Made by a program: the position numbers and the translations under genes. The notes beneath the pieces are model-generated. The model saw nothing but the letters and a program-made list of their open reading frames with translations, was not told where the DNA came from and made no database searches. Source: a virus. From it: DNA of 64,000 bases. Location: IMG/VR virus record IMGVR_UViG_3300050501_000377; one strand, given 5' to 3'. Below, in pieces: positions 1 to 7,964 of this stretch (the first letter of the stretch is position 1; every line of letters starts with the position of its first letter).

Positions 1-486
1 GCGGAGGGCGTAGTACTGATCGGTACCGTCAGTCGTGGTGTTACTGATCCAGGCCTTGGTGACTGCGGAGAGCGTCGCGCTGTTGAAGCGGATCTGGTTG
101 CCGAGCGGCGGCTCCGACGGGGTGGCGTTGTAGTTGTAGATCACGAAGCTGCCGAAGAGCGGCGAGACGTTGGTGACGGGGCTGAGGCCGCCGTGCGCCA
201 GCATCCCGCTGATCGCCCCGGTGGTGTAGCTCTTGACCCGCAAGGCGATCGCCTGCGCGGTCTTGGTCTCGTAGCGCCAGGTCCCGGGGGTGGTGAGCTG
301 CGAGAGCACGGTGTAGTTCACCCCGTCGGTCGTCACCAGGACCTCGACGGTCCAGGTGCCGGTGCCGCTGAGGCCGATCGCCGCGGTGTTGCCGGGGGTC
401 GAGAGCACGTACGCCCGCGGCGTCGGTCCCGTGTCGAGATCGAACGACATCCCGCTCGGGACCGACCGGTACTTCTCCAGCTGCAT
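1..486 (-). CDS. virion structural protein, N-terminal 162 aa only (gene runs off the left edge)
   Basis: ATG at 486-484, 3 nt after the TAG (490-492) of the upstream gene. The frame has no stop down to position 1, so it is absent from the closed-ORF track. GC-rich third positions; translation MQLEKYRSVPSGMSFDLDTGPTPRAYVLSTPGNTAAIGLSGTGTWTVEVL...; lies downstream of the capsid genes. Confidence 0.55.
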   Translation of the reverse strand, partial: MQLEKYRSVPSGMSFDLDTGPTPRAYVLSTPGNTAAIGLSGTGTWTVEVLVTTDGVNYTVLSQLTTPGTWRYETKTAQAIALRVKSYTTGAISGMLAHGGLSPVTNVSPLFGSFVIYNYNATPSEPPLGNQIRFNSATLSAVTKAWISNTTTDGTDQYYALR

Positions 487-489
487 GAG

Positions 490-813
490 CTACTTCCCGA
501 TCGCCTCGAAGCGCGTCGAGTAGGTCGAGAGATTGGCGCCCGCCGCGATCTCGGTGCCGTTGGTGGCATCGAGCCAGCGGATGACGCCGTTGCCGGTGGT
601 GCCGGTCGGGATGAAGACCAGGGCACGGTAGAGCGTGCCGTTGGTCGCCGCCCCGAGCTGCAGCAGCTCGATGCGCGCCATGCCGAGTTCGGCGGCGGTA
701 ATCGTGTCCCCGCCGGTGGCGTAGCTGGCGGGGCCGGTGTAGCCGCCGATCTTGCGGATGCGCGCGTTGCTGCTGTCGTGATAGGCGCCGATGGTCTTGT
801 CGATGGTTGCCAT
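490..813 (-). CDS. small capsid-block protein, 107 aa (function unknown, possibly head accessory)
   Basis: Closed ORF MATIDKTIGAYHDSS...FEAIGK with GC-rich third positions, 13 nt downstream of the preceding gene in the capsid block. Role inferred from position only. Confidence 0.55.
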   Translation of the reverse strand: MATIDKTIGAYHDSSNARIRKIGGYTGPASYATGGDTITAAELGMARIELLQLGAATNGTLYRALVFIPTGTTGNGVIRWLDATNGTEIAAGANLSTYSTRFEAIGK

Positions 814-825
814 CTGGCTGCCTCC

Positions 826-1389
826 TTAGGTCGTCTCCGGGACGTCGAGGTCGACCAGGACCCGCGCCTCGGAAGCGAGCTTGGTGAGCGGGGTCGAAAC
901 GCGCCCGAACGCGATGGTGGTCGGCGCCGTGCCGGTCGCCAGGCGGTTCGCTTTGCCGACCGTGGCGCTGCCGATGACCTGATCGGATACCGCGGCGGCG
1001 GTGGAGTCGGCGTCGACGAACTTCACGTAGCACGGGCCGGTGACCTGCACACAGGTGTAGTTGCCCTTGGTGACGTTGTTGTTGAAGACGCCCGCCACCG
1101 CGTTCAGGTTGGTGTTGACGGTGGTGACGAGATAGGTCGACTTGTCCGCCCAGTAGGCGGTGGCGCCCGGGAAGGGCGCGACCGACATGGTGGAGTCGGT
1201 CTTCACCAGCTGATAGCGCTTGCTCCGGGGCGCGGGCGTGGTCAGCGTGCCCTGCGCGCGGCTGACCCCGGTCATGATCGTGAAGCGGCTGCCAAGCAGG
1301 CCGCCCTGCATCAAGGTCGGCGTATCCTCCGTCTCGGGGTTCCCGCTCTGGAGGTAGACCGCGTTCTGTTCCCATCCACTCGGACTCAT
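826..1389 (-). CDS. capsid-associated structural protein, 187 aa (decoration-like)
   Basis: Starts 26 nt downstream of the capsid gene. The C-terminal half (GNYTCVQVTGPCYVKFVD...VIGSATVGK...IAFGRV) has the Gly/Val-rich strand pattern of small phage head-decoration proteins. Assignment rests on position and pattern. Confidence 0.5.
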   Translation of the reverse strand: MSPSGWEQNAVYLQSGNPETEDTPTLMQGGLLGSRFTIMTGVSRAQGTLTTPAPRSKRYQLVKTDSTMSVAPFPGATAYWADKSTYLVTTVNTNLNAVAGVFNNNVTKGNYTCVQVTGPCYVKFVDADSTAAAVSDQVIGSATVGKANRLATGTAPTTIAFGRVSTPLTKLASEARVLVDLDVPETT

Positions 1390-1414
1390 GTGAATGCTCC
1401 TTCTGCTGTGGCGG

Positions 1415-2467
1415 CTAGCTGCCGATGCCCGAGAGCACCCGCGACAGACGCAGGGCTTTCACGGTGAGGTTGCCGGCGAAGAGGATCTGGCCCGCGACCT
1501 GGTTGTCCTGGCGCGCACCCTTGAACCCGGTGAAGCCGAAGGCGAACTTGCGCGACTGCGCGATGTAGAGGCGGATGTAGGCGTCGTCGCCCTGCGGCCC
1601 GAAGTTCAGCCACCAGAAGGTCTCGTAGGGCGCGTAGTAGTTGCCCAGGTCTTCGTCGTTGACGCCGTCGGCGCCGGGGCAGTACTGCGACATCGTGATC
1701 GTGGCTTTGTCGAACTTCATCCCCGGCCAGTTGATCTCCGGCTGGGTGGTGTCGATGATCTGGTGCGGCAGGAAGTTCTCGGCGATGAAGCCCATGCAGC
1801 GGTTGGTGGTGATGCCGATCGAGGGGGCTTCGTTGCCGATGATGCAGCTGAAGTAGCTGTGGCGCAGCACCCGGTAGGAGATCGGCGCGCCGGCCAGGTT
1901 GGCCGAGATGAGACCCGTGGGCGGGGTCAGCGCGGGGACGACGTCGGCGCGGGTCTGGCCGCCGTAGGACGGGAAGACGTTGCCGGTCCAGGAGGCCGTC
2001 GAGCCGTCGTTGAACGCTTCTTCGAGGCCGTTGATCTCGGCCGAGCGGTCGTCACCGGTGATCGCCTGGCCGTGGTGGAAGGCGGCAATTTCGAGGATCG
2101 CCGACATGGTGAGCGAGGCCTGCGCCATGTCGGTGCGGAGGACGGAGAAGGCGGCGCGCGGGCCGGCGAGTTCGACTTCGAGGTCTTCGAGGAACTCGGT
2201 GACGCCGACCTGGTAGTAGCGCGGGCCGAAGAGCAGGCCGGTGCGGGTCTGGCGCTTGGTGATGTCGAAGGTCGTGCCCTTGCGATAGGCGCCGCCCCTC
2301 ATCGGCTTGTACATGAAGTTCTCCTGGATTTGTGGACCGATCCACTTCCGGGAGAAGCGCGCTTTCGCCATCGCGATGAAGGGGCCGGCCTTGAAGTAGC
2401 CGTCCACCACACCGGGTTCGATCTCTTTGGTGACGACGGTGTTGACGTCGTCGAGCTGAATTGCCAC
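1415..2467 (-). CDS. major capsid protein (HK97-fold type, inferred)
   Basis: 350-aa ORF with a GTG start preceded by GGAGG, immediately after the scaffold-like gene and downstream of portal. Size, order and composition are typical of podovirus capsid proteins. Confidence 0.7.
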   Translation of the reverse strand: MAIQLDDVNTVVTKEIEPGVVDGYFKAGPFIAMAKARFSRKWIGPQIQENFMYKPMRGGAYRKGTTFDITKRQTRTGLLFGPRYYQVGVTEFLEDLEVELAGPRAAFSVLRTDMAQASLTMSAILEIAAFHHGQAITGDDRSAEINGLEEAFNDGSTASWTGNVFPSYGGQTRADVVPALTPPTGLISANLAGAPISYRVLRHSYFSCIIGNEAPSIGITTNRCMGFIAENFLPHQIIDTTQPEINWPGMKFDKATITMSQYCPGADGVNDEDLGNYYAPYETFWWLNFGPQGDDAYIRLYIAQSRKFAFGFTGFKGARQDNQVAGQILFAGNLTVKALRLSRVLSGIGS

Positions 2468-2484
2468 GGAAGCCTCCTAAGCGT

Positions 2485-3333
2485 TTAGCCGCCGCGCGCC
2501 GACTGCAGCCGCTCGTACTCGGCGACCGCGGTGTCGAGGGTGTGCGCGCCGGGACCGTCTTTACTGGCGAGGACATCGAGCGGTGAGGACTCGTTGCGGA
2601 GCGGGAACGGATGCGACGCGTTGGCTTTCTGCCGTTCCTGCAGCCGCTTCTCGACCTCGTCGTTGAAGCGCTTCTCTTCGGTTTCCTTCTGCTTGGCCTG
2701 GAGGCGCTCGCCGTACTTCTCCTGGTAGGCGTCCTGGAGCGAGTAGACCCGCCCCGGCTGCCCGACGATCGGCTTGCCGAGTTTCGGGTTCTGCACCAGC
2801 TCCATCGCGTCGAGCGGCTCGCCGAACATATGCAGGTGATGCAGGCCTTGCTGGGCGATGAAGGCGGACACGGCGATGTAGTCGCGGCCGGCTTCGTTGA
2901 TCGCTTGCTCCGCGACTTCGCGCATCTGCTGCGGCGTGTAGGCGGGCGATTGCAAGGCGTGCTGCTGTTGCTGCTGCTGCTGCTGCTGGAGATAGGCCAG
3001 CTGTTCGGGGGTGTACTGCTGCTGCAGTTGTGGATTGTGCTGCAGCTGCGGGTTGCCGCCGCCGGCCGCGACCGCGCGTTCCAGGGCGGTCTGGTTGTCG
3101 GCGTACCAGCTATTGAGCCGCGTGTAGTACTCGTTCAAGGCGCCTTCCTTCTCACGCAGTTGATCCATCGATCGGCTGTAGTCGCTGCGGGCCAGCGCGC
3201 CGTCGCCCAGCAGGGTCACGGCGTCCTTCGCCTCCGCGGCTTTGAAGATGGCTTCGGCGGCCTCACGCTGCTTTTCCGGCAGCTTGGCGAGCACGCCGTC
3301 CAGAAATGACTGTCCCGACTCGAAGGCTCCCAT
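2485..3333 (-). CDS. scaffolding protein (inferred)
   Basis: 282-aa acidic, helix-prone ORF with a poly-Gln run (QQQQQQQQH), placed between the portal block and the capsid gene. GAAGGAG RBS upstream of the ATG. Confidence 0.6.
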   Translation of the reverse strand: MGAFESGQSFLDGVLAKLPEKQREAAEAIFKAAEAKDAVTLLGDGALARSDYSRSMDQLREKEGALNEYYTRLNSWYADNQTALERAVAAGGGNPQLQHNPQLQQQYTPEQLAYLQQQQQQQQQHALQSPAYTPQQMREVAEQAINEAGRDYIAVSAFIAQQGLHHLHMFGEPLDAMELVQNPKLGKPIVGQPGRVYSLQDAYQEKYGERLQAKQKETEEKRFNDEVEKRLQERQKANASHPFPLRNESSPLDVLASKDGPGAHTLDTAVAEYERLQSARGG

Positions 3334-3452
3334 TGCGTCGACTCCTTCACGCAGCGCAGGCGAGAGCGGCGACCGTCCTTCGCGCGTGCGGGCGCGGGCG
3401 AGACGGGCGGATGCTCCTCTGGTGCGCGGGTTAACGGGTTGCGAGCGGTGTC

Positions 3453-3498
3453 GGAGGAGGAGGAGGAGTAGGAGTAGGAGGCGTCGGCGGAGGAGGAG
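3453..3498. repeat. 46-bp polypurine/polypyrimidine tract, (GGA)n-like
   Basis: ggaggaggaggaggagtaggagtaggaggcgtcggcggaggaggag on the plus strand. It lies in the 170-nt spacer upstream of the scaffold gene and reads as CU-rich CCUCC repeats in the minus-strand transcript. Confidence 0.8.
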
Positions 3499-3504
3499 TT
3501 GTCG

Positions 3505-3921
3505 CTAGACGCTACCGGGACCGCTGATGCCGCGGTCCATGCCGCCCATCGGCGGCGCGGGGCCGGCGGCAGTCGGGGAGACCGGGCCGCCGCCTGCGCC
3601 GACGACGTCGGCGAGATACTGCTGGATCATGTCTTTGATGAGCGCGAGCTGCGGCGCCTTGTCGGGCGTCACCTGCGCCGCCGAGTCGAGCATGTCGCCG
3701 ACCGAGGTCATCGCTTGCGTCAGGCCGGTGAGGACCTCGGGCGGCATCCCCTGCGCGGGGATCTGGCCCGGGAGCTGGCCGGCGAGGCCGGACATCGAGA
3801 ACGGGGCGTTCGGGTCGACGCCGCCCATCGGTGTGGGCGACGGCGGCGGGCCGTCGAGCGCGCTGGCGCCGGGGGTGGGGCCGATGCCGGGGAAGCCGCT
3901 GCCGCCCATCGGGGGGAACAT
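3505..3921 (-). CDS. Pro/Gly/Met-rich low-complexity protein, 138 aa
   Basis: ATG directly follows the stop of the upstream ORF. Very GC-rich third positions. Repeated PMGG motifs flank a helical core (LTQAMTSVGDMLDSAAQ...IKDMIQQYLADV). Confidence 0.55.
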   Translation of the reverse strand: MFPPMGGSGFPGIGPTPGASALDGPPPSPTPMGGVDPNAPFSMSGLAGQLPGQIPAQGMPPEVLTGLTQAMTSVGDMLDSAAQVTPDKAPQLALIKDMIQQYLADVVGAGGGPVSPTAAGPAPPMGGMDRGISGPGSV

Positions 3922-4167
3922 CTATCGCCCCCTTCCGAAGCTGCGACCGCTTCGCATGGATTTCTGGGCCGGTGCAGATTTGCCGAACGGCTTGCCCTTC
4001 TTGCTTTTCACAAACGACGGCTTCTCGGACATCGCCGCGTCGGCGCCGCTGGCGGAGGCGCCCTTTTTCGCGAACGGCGGTGCGAGGTTCCCTTTCGGCA
4101 TGGAGGACTCCCTGCGGGACTGCACCCGCGCCATCATCTGGTCGAAGGTCTCGCCGCTGTTGCTCAT
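3922..4167 (-). CDS. small basic protein, 81 aa
   Basis: MSNSGETFDQMMARVQSRRE...KSMRSGRSFGRGR is the only coding-looking part of the long 3922..5442 track ORF. Its ATG overlaps the upstream stop (ATGA). Confidence 0.5.
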   Translation of the reverse strand: MSNSGETFDQMMARVQSRRESSMPKGNLAPPFAKKGASASGADAAMSEKPSFVKSKKGKPFGKSAPAQKSMRSGRSFGRGR

Positions 4168-4337
4168 CGCGGTTTGCTCAGCGAGCGGCCGGCCGAGGGG
4201 CGCTTGGTGCCGTGCCACTTCGCCGACCCCGGCTTGCCTTTGTTGATCGAGGCGTAGAACACCCGCTCGCCCTTTTCGGCGCCGTACTGCGATTGCATCG
4301 AGCCGAGGACTTTGCTGCCGGAGCGGGTGAGCGGCAT
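4164..4337 (-). CDS. small conserved-looking phage protein, 57 aa (below the ORF-track size cutoff)
   Basis: My translation of the minus strand gives MPLTRSGSKVLGSMQSQYGAEKGERVFYASINKGKPGSAKWHGTKRPSAGRSLSKPR. GC-rich third positions, and the stop overlaps the next ATG (ATGA). Confidence 0.45.
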   Translation of the reverse strand: MPLTRSGSKVLGSMQSQYGAEKGERVFYASINKGKPGSAKWHGTKRPSAGRSLSKPR

Positions 4338-4394
4338 CTGAGGAGCTAGCGTCAGGGGAGATTTCGCGTTTGTCTAGACCCCCCGAGCTGCTGG

Positions 4395-6539
4395 CTACTT
4401 GTCGCTCTCCGTGATGGTCGACCGCCCGTCGGACTTCTCTTCCTGCTGCGGCGGCGCCTGGCCGCTGGCTTTCCGCCCCGCCGGGTTGACCGTCTGGCCG
4501 ATGCCGATCAGCTGCTGCGCCTGCAGCCGTTCGGTGACGGTGACCGGGACGCGGATCTCCATCAGCTGGCCCGACATCTGGTCGAGCGAGAAGGTGCGGT
4601 TGGTCACCGGGTCGGTGTACTGGGGGAGCGGCATCGCGCCCATCGCCATCATCTGCATCGCGCCTTCGAGCTGAGTGGCCTGGCCGAGCATGTTCGGGAG
4701 GACGTCGGGCGGCGGCGGGGCGAGCGGCGGCAGCGGGATCGCGGGCGGCGCGCCGACGTTGGGCGTTTCCAGCGTTTCGTGCAGCGACCAGAAGTCGTAG
4801 TAGCCCATGCGCGCCAGCTGCACGCGCATCATCTTGCGCTCCTGCGCGTCCATGGCGAGGACCGAGTTCGGCGCGACGACGAAGATGAACTGCTTGTGGA
4901 AGTACTGCGCGCGTTGATCGCGGCTGGTGGTGTTGGCGTCGAGTTCGGGCGTGTAGCCGGCCTGGCCCGGGAGGAGCGCCGGGACGAACATCTCGGGATC
5001 GAAGTCGAACTCGTTGAGCATGTTCCCGCCGGTGCCGAGGACCTGCACCCGCTTGTTCTGGCTGAGGAACTGGAAGTAGTTGACCTTGATCATTTCGCTG
5101 AAGTCGCGCAGGAAGAGTTCCACCTGGCGCGCTTCCTGGCGGATCTCGGGGGTCAGCGCTTCGTAGTACTTCTGGATCGTGTCGGCCGAGGGCATCTGGC
5201 GCAGCTGGAGGAGGGCGGAGAGATTGGCCGTGCCACTGAGGTCGGCGAATTTCTGGGTGAGCTTCTCCCACAGCTCGATGCCCATGGCGATGACTTGCGG
5301 GTTGGGGCCGTCTTCCTTCTTCCACGGGTCGCCGAACCCCGGCATCACCTTGACGCGCTTGCCCGGGCGGCGCGGGTCCATCAGCTTCATCGTCGCTTCG
5401 CTGACGGCGGTGCGGTTGTAGGTGATGTCGGGGTTCATCCACTGGCGCATCCCGAGGCGCACGTCATGCACGGTGTCGTTGATCGCGTCCTGCAGCGGCA
5501 GCAGATCGTTGAACAGCGGAATGCCGAGGAACTGCCAGGGGACGCTCCAGAGCTTGAGGCGGCAGAACGGAAACATGCCGTGCCAGTAGGTGTTCGGGCC
5601 GTCGTAGATCAGCGCGTCTTCGGTGGCGACGAGCAGGCGCTTGCGCGGGTAGAGCGGCTCTTTCGGCTGGACGACATAGGCCCAGTTGGTGCCGGGTTCG
5701 CCCATGACGATCGGCTGGTTGGTGAGGTTGCGCGTGCGGTCGGTGAAGTAGGCGCGGTAGACGACGATCGATCCGGCGCGGGCCTTGCGGGTGGTGGCGG
5801 CGGTGCCAGGCCAGGCGATCGAGTCGAGCGGGTCGGCGGGCGAGATCAGGCGCGACATGCCGGTGCGGAAGCGGCCCATCACCTGGCCGAGGAGGGTATC
5901 GGCCGAGGCGCGGAAGAGATGCTGCTTGGTTGGATACATCCCCTTGAGGACGTTGACGGTGTGCTCCTCGCGGAAGCAGACGCCTTCCCAGAGCTGGTTC
6001 GATCGACCGAAGGACGGGCGCAGCGGGAGGGTATCGCGCGGGTCGCGGGCGGTCAGTTGATGCGCGCCGCCGTAGGGCGCGTGCGGATCCCAGTCGACGA
6101 CGAGATCACCGGTGCCGCCGGCCAGGGAGTACTTGACGCAGTCGCCGAGGTCGAGGTCCATCATTGTGGTGACCCACTCCGCCATCAGGTACTGGTTGAG
6201 GAGGTTCGCCTGGACCTGGTACTCGGGGTTGGATTTCCACCCGGCGACCGGCTTGAGGTCGGTGATCGCAGAGACGTGCGCCTGCATCGCCTTGCGGGTC
6301 TCGTTGATCGTGACCTGCGGCAGGTATTTGAGGCGGCACTGCTCGGCGGAGAGCTGGTTGCCGACGATGTAGTCCTGGGCACGGCCGATGAGATCGTAGG
6401 ACGGGTCCTGGCGGTTGATCGCGTCGCCCTCCTGGACCCACTCGCGCAGCCAGCCGAGCACGCGCGGGTCGCCGCGGGTGAGCGAGTCGACCGAGGTCGG
6501 CGGCAGGTCGAGCACACCCGAGGGCGAGAAGTCGGCCAT
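4395..6539 (-). CDS. portal protein
   Basis: 714-aa ORF between the terminase and scaffold/capsid genes. Size and gene order are canonical for a portal, and the composition is non-repetitive and globular. Confidence 0.8.
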   Translation of the reverse strand: MADFSPSGVLDLPPTSVDSLTRGDPRVLGWLREWVQEGDAINRQDPSYDLIGRAQDYIVGNQLSAEQCRLKYLPQVTINETRKAMQAHVSAITDLKPVAGWKSNPEYQVQANLLNQYLMAEWVTTMMDLDLGDCVKYSLAGGTGDLVVDWDPHAPYGGAHQLTARDPRDTLPLRPSFGRSNQLWEGVCFREEHTVNVLKGMYPTKQHLFRASADTLLGQVMGRFRTGMSRLISPADPLDSIAWPGTAATTRKARAGSIVVYRAYFTDRTRNLTNQPIVMGEPGTNWAYVVQPKEPLYPRKRLLVATEDALIYDGPNTYWHGMFPFCRLKLWSVPWQFLGIPLFNDLLPLQDAINDTVHDVRLGMRQWMNPDITYNRTAVSEATMKLMDPRRPGKRVKVMPGFGDPWKKEDGPNPQVIAMGIELWEKLTQKFADLSGTANLSALLQLRQMPSADTIQKYYEALTPEIRQEARQVELFLRDFSEMIKVNYFQFLSQNKRVQVLGTGGNMLNEFDFDPEMFVPALLPGQAGYTPELDANTTSRDQRAQYFHKQFIFVVAPNSVLAMDAQERKMMRVQLARMGYYDFWSLHETLETPNVGAPPAIPLPPLAPPPPDVLPNMLGQATQLEGAMQMMAMGAMPLPQYTDPVTNRTFSLDQMSGQLMEIRVPVTVTERLQAQQLIGIGQTVNPAGRKASGQAPPQQEEKSDGRSTITESDK

Positions 6540-6544
6540 GGCGA

Positions 6545-7033
6545 TCAGTCCTTCAGGTGTGAGGTGGCGAGCGGCGTGTCGTCAGAGACGCCCGGGCCGT
6601 AGGCGAGATCGGGGTCCTCAGCAGACTTGCGGATCGAGGCGCCGAATTTTTTGACGTAGGCGGGGTCGGGCTGCTCGCCGCCGGTCCACCCGGGCGCGAG
6701 CGAGTGGGTGTGGACGTTCGATCGATCTTGCGAGTAGCGGCGCCAGACGATCGGCTGCCCCTCGCCGTTGCGCGCGTCGGCTTCCGATTGCCGCTCGATC
6801 GCGCGCAGCTTGTGGAGCGAGTCGACGCGGACGGGATGGTTCTGCCCGTCGTAGGCGTCGAAGGCCTCGAAGCCAGGACCGCTGCCGGCGTCCATGCGCC
6901 CCACTTGCGGGATCCAGGAGGTGGGTCTGCCGCAGTGCTCGGGCGCGCCGGAGCGGGCGCCGAGTTCGATCGGGACGTTGATGTCGGTGAGGACCTGGCC
7001 GCAGACCTGACACCAGAAGTCGTGGAGTGCCAT
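6545..7033 (-). CDS. hypothetical protein with N-terminal zinc-ribbon-like motif, 162 aa
   Basis: MALHDFWCQVCGQVL...PEHCGRP gives CxxC plus a distal Cys. It lies 5 nt upstream of portal, and its start overlaps the upstream stop by 1 nt. Confidence 0.6.
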   Translation of the reverse strand: MALHDFWCQVCGQVLTDINVPIELGARSGAPEHCGRPTSWIPQVGRMDAGSGPGFEAFDAYDGQNHPVRVDSLHKLRAIERQSEADARNGEGQPIVWRRYSQDRSNVHTHSLAPGWTGGEQPDPAYVKKFGASIRKSAEDPDLAYGPGVSDDTPLATSHLKD

Positions 7034-7230
7034 CAGCGTGACCCCACGTATTCACCCGTCAGGATAGCGTCATCGACTTCGACCTGATCGACCTCTTTAC
7101 CCGTCGCCTCGCCTCTCGCGTCGTAGACGTGGTAGGTCGGCCGACGCCCCGGAACCGTTCGCGGCTCCAGCCGACTCACCAGGTCCAGGTTGATCCATGC
7201 GTCGTCCACCGACCGAATGAAGCACGCCAT
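7033..7230 (-). CDS. hypothetical protein, 65 aa
   Basis: Internal ATG at 7230 of track ORF 7033..7356, preceded by GGAGGTG. Translation MACFIRSVDDAWINLDLVSRLEPR.... The longer N-terminal extension lacks an RBS. Confidence 0.5.
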   Translation of the reverse strand: MACFIRSVDDAWINLDLVSRLEPRTVPGRRPTYHVYDARGEATGKEVDQVEVDDAILTGEYVGSR

Positions 7231-7333
7231 CAGCTCACCTCCAGCCGCGAGTGGCCGAGGGCCAGGATTGGCCCCCGTCTCCCCCACCCGGAACGCGTCA
7301 GGATTGACGCGTCCCTCCCCGCTCGCCAGTTCC

Positions 7334-7564
7334 TCATGGCACACACATCCCGTCATCGACCAGCAGGACAGTGACCGGCTGCCGCCCGCAGCGGAAGGCG
7401 ATGAAGCAGGCGAGCGAGCGCGTGTCCTGCAGAATCTGAATGCGACAGAGCTTCGACTGCTGCTCGAAGACGGCGACGAAGCGCGGGCGCCCCGGCGCGA
7501 CGCTCGCGCAGGCGGCGATCGAGACGACGAACGCGACCAGGGGCAGCAGCAGTCCGCGGCACAT
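7334..7564 (-). CDS. putative lipoprotein, 76 aa
   Basis: MCRGLLLPLVAFVVSIAAC: hydrophobic signal ending in a lipobox (I-A-A-C). GC-rich third positions and a GGGAGG RBS overlapping the upstream stop. Extracted from track ORF 7334..7750. Confidence 0.55.
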   Translation of the reverse strand: MCRGLLLPLVAFVVSIAACASVAPGRPRFVAVFEQQSKLCRIQILQDTRSLACFIAFRCGRQPVTVLLVDDGMCVP

Positions 7565-7572
7565 CAGCCTCC

Positions 7573-7884
7573 CTAGCCCCCCTTGTAGAACAGCTCTTCT
7601 TCGATGCGAGCGACGACGGCTTTCATCTCCGCTTCGAGCGAGCGCCCGCGCTTCTGTGCGCGGTGCTGCAGTTCGGCGAGCTGCCCGGGCGAGAACGGGA
7701 TGCGGATGTCGCCGACCTTCATCGCGGCGAGCTTCTCGACGGCGCGGCACAGCGCCTCGGGCGAGCGCGTCGAGCCGAAGCCGGTCGTCTCTTCGAGGCG
7801 GTTGCAGTCGAGCGGCCCGAGCTGCAGCCCGGGCACAGAGACTGGCGTGGCGGCGGTCTGCAGCTGGTCGAGCAGCGTTCGCAT
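7573..7884 (-). CDS. hypothetical protein (about 103 aa; start uncertain)
   Basis: The C-terminal part of track ORF 7573..8082 looks coding (MRTLLDQLQ...IPFSPGQLAELQHRAQKRGRSLEAEMKAVVARIEEELFYKGG). Upstream in-frame starts would overlap terL by more than 100 nt. Confidence 0.45.
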   Translation of the reverse strand: MRTLLDQLQTAATPVSVPGLQLGPLDCNRLEETTGFGSTRSPEALCRAVEKLAAMKVGDIRIPFSPGQLAELQHRAQKRGRSLEAEMKAVVARIEEELFYKGG

Positions 7885-7916
7885 CTGGGAGATCACGTTC
7901 CGCACGACGCCGATGC

Positions 7917-7964
7917 GCTCAGGCGTGGGAGCGATCGTCGGCTCAGGCGCGGGAGCGATCGTCG
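7917..7964. repeat. 24-bp tandem direct repeat x2 spanning the terL stop codon
   Basis: gctcaggcgtgggagcgatcgtcg followed by gctcaggcgcgggagcgatcgtcg (23/24 identical). Confidence 0.85.

Noticed and set aside
41-1467. Long ORFs 41..1375 (-), 193..1467 (+) and similar Arg/Pro/Gly/Ala-rich ORFs throughout. Examples are 4779..6602, 8501..9856, 12208..12981, 13373..14767, 25136..26005, 27398..28510, 28562..29764, 38804..40078, 47839..50124, 52032..54698, 56654..57988 and 60755..62506.
   Set aside because: They are shadow frames typical of high-GC DNA. They have extreme R/P/G/A composition, no RBS and poor third-position GC, and each fully overlaps a better-supported gene on the other strand or frame.
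7334-7884. Two-component spanin (Rz/Rz1-like) interpretation of the lipoprotein and its upstream neighbour
   Set aside because: The neighbour has no N-terminal transmembrane helix, the lipoprotein is not embedded or overlapping as in known pairs, and the genes sit in the head module rather than with lysis genes.
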